Shown: positions 56,865-64,000 of the stretch, in pieces
Layout: every line of letters begins with the position of its first letter
Position numbering within the stretch: position 1 is the first letter of the stretch
DNA from: Oscillospiraceae bacterium
GTDB lineage: Bacteria; Bacillota; Clostridia; Oscillospirales; CAG-272
Reading direction: 5' to 3'
Assembly: GCA_015063585.1 (NCBI GenBank)
Contig: SVTW01000005.1
Coordinates: forward strand, 525 to 64,524
DNA length: 64,000 nucleotides
Made by a program: the position numbers and the translations under genes
The notes under the pieces: generated by a model
Seen by the model: the letters and a program-made list of their open reading frames with translations, nothing else
What the model was told of the DNA's origin: nothing
The model's database searches: none

Positions 56865-59048
56865 ATGTCAAAACGGATTCTTGCACTTCTTTTGTGCGTC
56901 GTTATGCTCGTTCCTTGCTTTGCCGGATGTAACAAAAAGGCAGAAGGCGATCTCGGCGCATACATCACCATGTACCTGACAGATGAAATCTTTGATTTCG
57001 ACCCTGCCAATGCGTACTTTAATCAAAATGCGATCAATGTTGTCAGCATGCTCTTTGATACGCTCTTCACGCTCTCCGACAGCGGGAAGGTGCAAAAGTC
57101 TTTGGTTAAGTCCTATAAAGTAAAGGAAGACCAGAAGACGGGTGACCATTACATGGACATCACGCTGAACGAGGCTTATTGGAGCAACGGCATTCGTTTG
57201 AGCTCCGAGGATATCGTGTTTGCATGGAAGCGCCTTTTGAAGTTTACAAACAACTATGAGGCAGCATCGCTCCTTTACGATATCAAGAACGCACGCGCCG
57301 TTAAGGAAGGCGACGAGACCGTTGATGACATCGGTATCGAGGCAGTTGCTATCGATATGGTCCGCATCACCTTTGAGGGCGAGATCGATTATGACCGCTT
57401 CCTGCTGAACCTGACAAGCGTTGCAACCGCTCCCCTGCTCGAAACCTACGTTTCCAAAAACGAGGACTGGGCGAAAAAGCCTGCGTTGATGGCAACCAGC
57501 GGCGCATACAAGCTTGGTAAGATCAACTATAAGGAAGTTTTGGACGAAAACGGAAAAGAAGTTAAGTTCCGCGACGATAACGCCGTTAACAAATACGGTG
57601 AGGTTGGAACCAAGAACTCGCTTGTAAAGGATATCAACTACTTCTATCTGGAGCGCAACGTTTACTACTACCGTGATACCGAGCGCGACGCGATCGACAA
57701 ATCTGTTTCGAGCTACCGCATTCTGGTTGACTGCTCGAAATCCGACGAGGAGATCCTTGCCGACTATAAGGACGGAAAGATCTTCTACATGGGAACCATT
57801 CCGATGTCCCTGCGCGACGATGCCTTTGTAAAGGAAAACGTGAAGATTTCCAACGCGCTCTCCACCTTCACGCTTTATCTGAATCAGAATGCGCTGATCG
57901 ATAATGACGGTGATGAGGAAACGCCTGGCGAGGCACTCTTTGCGAACGAAAAGGTTCGTCAGGCACTTTCTCTCGCAATTGACCGTGAAGCAATTGCAAA
58001 GGCAGTTGTTTATGCAGATGCCGCAACCGGTCTTGTTTGCCCCGGCGTGTTTGAGGGCAATAAGTACTCCAAGAAGAACGACTTCCGTACAGTTGGCGGT
58101 GCTCTGCTTGAAACCTCCGCAAACATTTCGGCTGCAAAATCCCTGCTCAACGGCATCGACACCTCGAAATATTCCTTCTCGATCGCAGTTGCATCTTATG
58201 ATGAAGAAAACGTTGCAATCGTGGAACTCGTTGCAGAGGCTTGGCGTGAGCTTGGCTTTAACGTAACGGTTGACAAGCGCGTAGCCATTGCAAATAACGA
58301 CGCACACAAGGAGCTGATCGGAAGCCAGAACGACACCCCCGAGGACGTATGCGATGACCTCTTTATCGAGGCTTATAAGCGCGGAACTTATGAGGTAATT
58401 GCATTCGACTATAATGCATTCTCAGCTGACGCATACTCTATGCTCTCCAACTTTGCTCTCTCCTTCTCGGGCATGGCACTCACGATCGGTCAGGATGAAA
58501 ACGGCCATCCCACCTATTCTTCCACCCCTAACTCCACGGGATACAACAACGAAGAATACAACAAGCTGCTGGAAGCCGCCTACTATCTCCCCTACTTTGC
58601 AGCATTTACCGAGGAACAGCTTGCAGATGAAAACTTTACCTTCCTCTCCATTTATGACACGCATGACGAGTTTATGGAAACCTACAACATGGTAAAGGCT
58701 GTTTACGAGGCAAACGGAATTACACCTTCCACGAAGAAGTCCGATTGGTCCAAGCAGAGAGCGCTTCTCTTGCACAAGGCTGAAGAGCTTTTGATGACCG
58801 ACCTCCCCATTATTCCCGTTGTATTCAACAAAAATGCGGTTATTGTCAGCAAGGACCTCAAGGGTGTTAGCTCGAACTACTACGTTCCCGCACTCTTCCG
58901 CAAGACCACGCTGAAGAATTACACCGACTACACCTTTATCAATGAAAGAGGCGAAACCACCTCGATCTTTGCGGAGTTCCCCACCATTCATTGGGATAAG
59001 CAGGGCGAAAGCTTTGAAACCGAAGCTCCTAAAAAAGACAAGAAATAA
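56865..59048 (+). CDS. large extracellular solute-binding lipoprotein (ABC SBP family 5-like)
   Basis: About 727 aa. Signal peptide plus lipobox (LLLCVVMLVPCFAGC). The SBP_bac_5-like pattern extends through the body. The start is either 56865 or 56844. Confidence 0.7.
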   Translation: MSKRILALLLCVVMLVPCFAGCNKKAEGDLGAYITMYLTDEIFDFDPANAYFNQNAINVVSMLFDTLFTLSDSGKVQKSLVKSYKVKEDQKTGDHYMDITLNEAYWSNGIRLSSEDIVFAWKRLLKFTNNYEAASLLYDIKNARAVKEGDETVDDIGIEAVAIDMVRITFEGEIDYDRFLLNLTSVATAPLLETYVSKNEDWAKKPALMATSGAYKLGKINYKEVLDENGKEVKFRDDNAVNKYGEVGTKNSLVKDINYFYLERNVYYYRDTERDAIDKSVSSYRILVDCSKSDEEILADYKDGKIFYMGTIPMSLRDDAFVKENVKISNALSTFTLYLNQNALIDNDGDEETPGEALFANEKVRQALSLAIDREAIAKAVVYADAATGLVCPGVFEGNKYSKKNDFRTVGGALLETSANISAAKSLLNGIDTSKYSFSIAVASYDEENVAIVELVAEAWRELGFNVTVDKRVAIANNDAHKELIGSQNDTPEDVCDDLFIEAYKRGTYEVIAFDYNAFSADAYSMLSNFALSFSGMALTIGQDENGHPTYSSTPNSTGYNNEEYNKLLEAAYYLPYFAAFTEEQLADENFTFLSIYDTHDEFMETYNMVKAVYEANGITPSTKKSDWSKQRALLLHKAEELLMTDLPIIPVVFNKNAVIVSKDLKGVSSNYYVPALFRKTTLKNYTDYTFINERGETTSIFAEFPTIHWDKQGESFETEAPKKDKK

Positions 59049-59061
59049 TCATTCATGCACG

Positions 59062-59232
59062 GAGGCTGCGTCATTGGCGCAGCCTCTGCTCAAAAAAGCC
59101 GACGGTAGGCTTTTTTGTAGCGCGGAATTTGCGGTTTTCGACTGCAGGGCAATCGAATATTGCGGCGTTTCGCCGCAAAGCAAAAACGTCGGGGGTGAGT
59201 ACCAAATGCATTTTTGCATTTGACTCACCCCC
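59062..59232. repeat. intergenic multi-hairpin repeat, long form (copy C)
   Basis: 165 of 171 nt are identical to 25112-25282. It begins 13 nt after the SBP stop and lies upstream of the pheS promoter. Confidence 0.9.
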
Positions 59233-59299
59233 TATTTTTTCTCTTTTTTTAGAAAACCTATTGACAAAAAAACGAGAATGTGGTATCCTATATAATAAT

Positions 59300-59547
59300 G
59301 AAAATGCGATGATGAAGCTCGCAGACAGTCATAAAAGATATTGCAGAGAGCGCCGGCAAGGCTGGAAACGGCGTATATCCGATTGTTTTGCATTTCCCTT
59401 CGGAGCAGACCGAATCAAACAGTAGTTGCATTAGTTCGGTACGGCAGGCACCGTTATCCGCCATCAAAGTGTTGGCTTTGAGCCGAAATTCGGGTGGTAC
59501 CGCGGGAGCTTTGCGCCTCGTCCTGATGATTGGGACGGGCTTTTTTT
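59300..59547 (+). promoter_or_regulatory. T-box riboswitch leader of pheST
   Basis: Stem I elements (GATGA K-turn context, AGAGAG...GCTGGAAA) are present. The conserved T-box sequence AAATTCGGGTGGTACCGCGG sits at 59486-59506. A terminator CGTCC-N9-GGACG plus T7 follows (59519-59547). TTGACA at 59261 is a likely -35. UUC triplets occur in the candidate specifier region, but I cannot assign the specifier with certainty. Confidence 0.85.
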
Positions 59548-59618
59548 ATTGCTTGGATCCTGCCGCGCAAAGAAAATAGATTGATGTTACCGATCGGTAA
59601 CAGAAAGGATATATAAAT

Positions 59619-60632
59619 ATGAAAGAAAAACTTTCTCAAATTCGTGCCGAGGCACTTGCTCAGATTGCGGCGGATCATGCTGATCTGGAGCAGATCAAGA
59701 TCAAGTACCTCGGAAAAAAGGGCGAGCTCACCGCCGTTTTGCGCGGTATGGGCGCACTTACCGCAGAGGAACGCCCTGTGATCGGTCAGCTTGCCAATGA
59801 AGTACGCGCAGACATTGAAAGCGCGATCGGTAAAAAGCTGCAGGAACAGCAGGCGAAAGCATTGGAGGACAAGCTGAAAGCCGAAAAGCTTGACGTTACA
59901 ATGCCCGGAACACCCGCGCCTGTTGGTCATATCCATCCTCTCACGCGCGTTCAGCGAGAGCTTGAGGATATCTTCATCGGAATGGGCTTTTCAATTGTGG
60001 AGGGTCCCGAGGTTGAACTTGATTATTATAACTTCCAAGCGCTCAACATTCCCGAAAATCATCCCGCACGCGACACGCAGGATACCTTCTATATTGCGGA
60101 AAACGTTCTGCTCCGTTCGCAAACGTCCCCCGTGCAGGTGCGCACCATGGAGCATCAAAAGCCCCCGATCCGCATCATCTCTCCCGGCCGTGTTTACCGT
60201 TCGGACGCTCTCGACGCAACCCACTCCCCTCTGTTCCATCAGCTTGAGGGTCTTGTGGTTGACAAGGGCATTACGATGGGCGACCTGAAAGGCACGCTTG
60301 AGATCTTTGCGAAAAAGCTCTTTGGCGAGAGCACGCGCATTCGTTTCCGCCCGCATCACTTCCCATTTACCGAGCCGTCTGCAGAGGTTGACGTTTCCTG
60401 CTTTGTTTGCGGCGGTAAGGGCTGCAGACTTTGCAAGGGCGAGGGTTGGATCGAGATTCTCGGTGCCGGCATGGTGCACCCCTTCGTGCTTTCCAACTGC
60501 GGCATAGACCCCGAAGAATATTCGGGCTTTGCGTTTGGTCTTGGAATTGAGCGAATCACGATGACCAAATACGGCATCGACGATATCCGCCTGTTCTACG
60601 AAAACGACGAGCGTTTCCTTGAGCAGTTCTGA
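59619..60632 (+). CDS. pheS: phenylalanine--tRNA ligase alpha subunit
   Basis: 337 aa with class II aaRS motifs ([29 protein letters not shown]). Confidence 0.97.
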   Translation: MKEKLSQIRAEALAQIAADHADLEQIKIKYLGKKGELTAVLRGMGALTAEERPVIGQLANEVRADIESAIGKKLQEQQAKALEDKLKAEKLDVTMPGTPAPVGHIHPLTRVQRELEDIFIGMGFSIVEGPEVELDYYNFQALNIPENHPARDTQDTFYIAENVLLRSQTSPVQVRTMEHQKPPIRIISPGRVYRSDALDATHSPLFHQLEGLVVDKGITMGDLKGTLEIFAKKLFGESTRIRFRPHHFPFTEPSAEVDVSCFVCGGKGCRLCKGEGWIEILGAGMVHPFVLSNCGIDPEEYSGFAFGLGIERITMTKYGIDDIRLFYENDERFLEQF

Positions 60633-60648
60633 TAGGAGGTAGAGAAAC

Positions 60649-63051
60649 ATGAATCTTTCAAGAAATTGGCTTTCGGATTTCGTCAACGTTGACGAGATCG
60701 ATCATAAAACATATTGTGATCGTCTGACCATCACGGGATCAAAGGTTGAGGGCTATGAAGTATTGGGTGAAGATATTGAAAACGTAGTGGTGGCAAGGGT
60801 TACCGCTATGGAAAAGCATCCCGACTCCGATCACCTTTGGGTTTGCCGCTTGGATGCGGGCGAGGCACACGGTCACGACATTCAGATCGTAACCGGCGCC
60901 CAGAACGTGTTTGTCGGCGCGTTGGTTCCCGCCGCGCTTCCCGTTGCAAAGCTCCCCGGTGACATTGTGATCAAGGCAGGAAAGCTGCGCGGTGTGGAGT
61001 CCAACGGTATGCTCTGCTCGATGGGCGAACTGAAGCTGACTACACATGAATGCCCCGGCAAAGAGGAAAACGGAATTTTGATCCTTGACGAAGAATTTGC
61101 GGATCGCATCGGTGACGATATTCGTGACGTTTTGATGCTTCGCGACACCTCGGTAGAATTTGAGATCACATCCAACCGCCCCGACTGTCTTTCCGTAATC
61201 GGTCTTGCGCGAGAGACCGCGGTCTCCTTTGACAAAGAGCTGACCGTAAAAACACCGGTTGTAAAGGGTGCAGGCGACGGTGACAAGGTGGAAAACTACG
61301 TAAGGGTCGGCATTTCCGCCCCCGATCTCTGCTATCGCTATGCGGCAAGAGTGGTGAAAAACGTAAAGATCGCCCCCTCTCCTCTTTGGATGCGTATGCG
61401 CCTGCGCGCGTCGGGTGTCCGCCCCATCAACAACATCGTGGACATTACCAACTACGTCATGCTGGAATACGGCCAGCCCATGCACGCATTTGATTACAAG
61501 CAGCTTGATGGTGCCAAGATCGACGTGCGCCGCGCGGCTGACGGCGAAAAGTTCCGCTCACTTGATGACATGGATCATACGCTTGATAGCACAATGCTTG
61601 TCATTGCGGACAGCAAAAAGGCATGCGCGTTGGCAGGCGTTATGGGTGGAGCAAATTCCGAGATCACAGACGAGACCAAAACCGTGGTCTTTGAGTCTGC
61701 CTGCTTCAACGGCGCGTCGGTTCGCGTAACCGCAAAGAAAAACGGTATGCGCACCGAATCCTCTGCTCGTTTTGAGAAGGGGCTTGATCCCGAAAACTGC
61801 ATGGCAGGTCTGCAAAGAGCCTGCGAGCTTGTGGAGCTTCTCGGCGCGGGTGACGTGGTGGACGGTATCATCGACGTTTATCCCACCAAGGCAGAACAAA
61901 CGGTGCTGCCTTTCACACCCGACCGTTACAACGAATTCCTTGGTATGAATATTCCGCGTGAACACATGGAAAAAACGCTGGTGGGTCTCGGTTGCCGCAT
62001 TGAAGGCGATCAGATCTACGTGCCCTCCTTCCGCGCGGATCTTGGCTGTATGAATGACATTGCCGAGGAGGTATGCCGTATTTACGGATACGATAAGATC
62101 GAATCCTCCAGCATGAATGCCGAAACCACGCTCGGCGGCAGAACCGCAAAACAGCAGTTTGAGGTGAACACCGAAATGGCTTTGGTTGGTATGGGGCTTT
62201 CCCAAATTCATACCTTCTCCTTTATCAGCCCGAAATTCTATGACAAAATCCGTTTGCCCGAGAATAGCGATCTGCGCCGTTCGGTTGTGATCTCCAACCC
62301 ATTGGGAGAGGACACAAGCGTGATGCGCACCACAGCACTGCCCTCTATGATGGAGGTTCTGGCACGGAACAATAACTTTAACAACGAAACGGTTTCGCTC
62401 TTTGAGATCGCCAAGATCTATCTGCCGCATGCAAACGCAAATGAACTGCCCGACGAAAAGGTCGTTCTGACGCTCGGTATGTACGGAAAAACCGATTTCT
62501 ACGCGCTCAAGGGCATTTGTGAGAATATTCTTGCGCTTGCGGGTCTTAAAGCAACCTTTACCGCTTGCACCGACAACGCGGCTTACCATCCCGGCAGATG
62601 CGCAAAGATCCTTGCAGAGAACGGAACCGAGCTTGGTATTTTCGGTCAGGCACACCCGCTCATGGCACAAAATTATGATATGAGCGCGCCTGTTTACGTT
62701 GCCGAGCTGTCATTTGACGCGATCTTTGCACTTGCAAACACGGAAAAGGCATACAAGCCGCTTCCCAAATATCCCGCAACCACGCGTGACTTCTCCTTCG
62801 TTTGTGACGAGGATATGGAGGTTGGCGCAATTGAGGGCGTAATGGCAAAGGCAGGCGGTAAGCTTGTGGAAAACGTGGCACTCTTTGATATCTACCGCGG
62901 TCCTCAGGTTGGAGAAAACAAAAAATCGGTCTCCCTCCGCGTCACACTTCGTGCCGCTGACCGCACCCTGACGGTGGAGGAAGCCGATAAGGTTTCCAAA
63001 AAGATCCTCAATGATCTGAAATTCAAGATGGGATTGGAGCTGAGAAGCTGA
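60649..63051 (+). CDS. pheT: phenylalanine--tRNA ligase beta subunit
   Basis: 800 aa with a tRNA-binding OB domain, B3/4, B5 and a C-terminal FDX-ACB domain (FDIYRG...KKSVSLRV). Confidence 0.97.
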   Translation: MNLSRNWLSDFVNVDEIDHKTYCDRLTITGSKVEGYEVLGEDIENVVVARVTAMEKHPDSDHLWVCRLDAGEAHGHDIQIVTGAQNVFVGALVPAALPVAKLPGDIVIKAGKLRGVESNGMLCSMGELKLTTHECPGKEENGILILDEEFADRIGDDIRDVLMLRDTSVEFEITSNRPDCLSVIGLARETAVSFDKELTVKTPVVKGAGDGDKVENYVRVGISAPDLCYRYAARVVKNVKIAPSPLWMRMRLRASGVRPINNIVDITNYVMLEYGQPMHAFDYKQLDGAKIDVRRAADGEKFRSLDDMDHTLDSTMLVIADSKKACALAGVMGGANSEITDETKTVVFESACFNGASVRVTAKKNGMRTESSARFEKGLDPENCMAGLQRACELVELLGAGDVVDGIIDVYPTKAEQTVLPFTPDRYNEFLGMNIPREHMEKTLVGLGCRIEGDQIYVPSFRADLGCMNDIAEEVCRIYGYDKIESSSMNAETTLGGRTAKQQFEVNTEMALVGMGLSQIHTFSFISPKFYDKIRLPENSDLRRSVVISNPLGEDTSVMRTTALPSMMEVLARNNNFNNETVSLFEIAKIYLPHANANELPDEKVVLTLGMYGKTDFYALKGICENILALAGLKATFTACTDNAAYHPGRCAKILAENGTELGIFGQAHPLMAQNYDMSAPVYVAELSFDAIFALANTEKAYKPLPKYPATTRDFSFVCDEDMEVGAIEGVMAKAGGKLVENVALFDIYRGPQVGENKKSVSLRVTLRAADRTLTVEEADKVSKKILNDLKFKMGLELRS

Positions 63052-63986
63052 TGCCGAAGATCGATCTGCAGTATTATCCCGGTTGGGTACGAAAGGTATT
63101 CACCTTTACGATCGACGACGGAAATATCAAGCTGGATAAAAAATTTATCGACCACGTGAAGCCTGCCGGAATATGCGGAACATTCAATCTGAAAACACCG
63201 CTCAAACAAGCCTCCCCTGAGGAATACCGCGCGCTTTACCGTGGCTATGAGATTGCAAACCATTGCAAATATCACGCCTATGCTTTTACGGAGGAAACGA
63301 CTCGTGAACACAAAAACGAGCCGTTTGACCGTGAGAGTGCTGACAAGCGCTATCTCTATCCCACCGCCGAAGAAGGACTTTACCGCGTTTACACCTATGC
63401 GTGGTGCTACGTTGCAACAGATGAAAAATATCTGTCGCTCGTGCGGGAGTGCTCTGAAGAGCTGGAAGCTGTGTTCGGAAAAGGGACAATCCGGGATTAT
63501 GTTTGGCCCTGTGGGGAGCAAAAAAATCCGACTTGCGTGGACCGGATGGTAAAGGAGGGCGGATTCCGCTCCCTTCGCAAAACCGGAAATATCGGCGCGA
63601 AAATCGGCTATCCTCTTCCCTCCGATCGTATGCATTGGAGCTATACCTGCAACCCGCTTCATGACGATCTTTGCGCAATGGCAAAGGCATATGAGGAATA
63701 TCCTGACGATGGCAAACTGACGTGGTTCTGCTTTGGACTGCATTCGCATGATTATGAAAACGCGAACCGTTGGGGTATGCTCGCCGAATTTTGCGACCGT
63801 TTCGGAAACCGTCCTGAGACCTTTTGGTCGGCAGCGGTTGGAGAGATCTTTGATTATGAGGACGCGGTGAAATCGGTGGTTGTAACCGATACCGAGATCG
63901 TGAATCCTTCGGAGGTGGATCTCTATATCAAGGTTCACGGAAAACGCATGATCCTCGGCGCGAAAAGCAGCATTTCCATTTCATAA
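63051..63986 (+). CDS. polysaccharide deacetylase (NodB-like) family protein, tentative
   Basis: 311 aa. FTIDDG (TFDDG-like motif 1) and NHCKYH (HxxxH-like motif 2). The ATG overlaps the pheT stop (TGATG). Confidence 0.45.
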   Translation: MPKIDLQYYPGWVRKVFTFTIDDGNIKLDKKFIDHVKPAGICGTFNLKTPLKQASPEEYRALYRGYEIANHCKYHAYAFTEETTREHKNEPFDRESADKRYLYPTAEEGLYRVYTYAWCYVATDEKYLSLVRECSEELEAVFGKGTIRDYVWPCGEQKNPTCVDRMVKEGGFRSLRKTGNIGAKIGYPLPSDRMHWSYTCNPLHDDLCAMAKAYEEYPDDGKLTWFCFGLHSHDYENANRWGMLAEFCDRFGNRPETFWSAAVGEIFDYEDAVKSVVVTDTEIVNPSEVDLYIKVHGKRMILGAKSSISIS

Positions 63987-64000
63987 AAATATTTGGGGCT

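Overview
This 64 kb window reads as a chromosomal core segment of a spore-forming Firmicute of the Clostridia type. Supporting markers are gpr-spoIIP, CIRCE-hrcA-grpE-dnaK-dnaJ-prmA, an IspH-S1 fusion and a T-box upstream of pheST. I support about 62 protein genes, most of them on the minus strand. They include prfC, proCAB, a YbiT-like ABC-F ATPase, an OmpR/HK two-component pair with an HtrA-like protease, ychF, and a small sugar cluster (HTH-PfkB kinase, lyxose-isomerase-like cupin, class II aldolase). Further along are a YtrA-type GntR/ABC module, the heat-shock operon, a five-gene Na+-decarboxylase-type biotin enzyme cluster, cmk-ispH/rpsA, ylxM-ffh-rpsP-khpA and a NusG_II/Gx/ApbE/DUF554 envelope operon. 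The remainder covers peptidoglycan-binding proteins, nnr, mecA-like, a DUF3343/cysteine desulfurase pair, eno, an XRE-S24 repressor with radC, spoIIP-gpr, a large orphan SBP lipoprotein and pheST. I see no rRNA, tRNA, CRISPR array, transposase, integrase or phage genes, and no convincing defence island. The clearest signal not explained by genes is a modular multi-hairpin intergenic repeat. It occurs as two 171-nt copies that are about 96% identical, one 99-nt deletion form and one or two diverged stand-alone modules, always at gene 3' ends. The other leads are an ABC-F protein whose second ATP site is degenerate in all three contributing motifs, a decarboxylase operon carrying both a 12S-like and a 5S-like carboxyltransferase, an HTH-kinase fusion, and the ApbE-containing membrane operon. 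All functional calls rest on motif and architecture recognition by eye; no database search was run.
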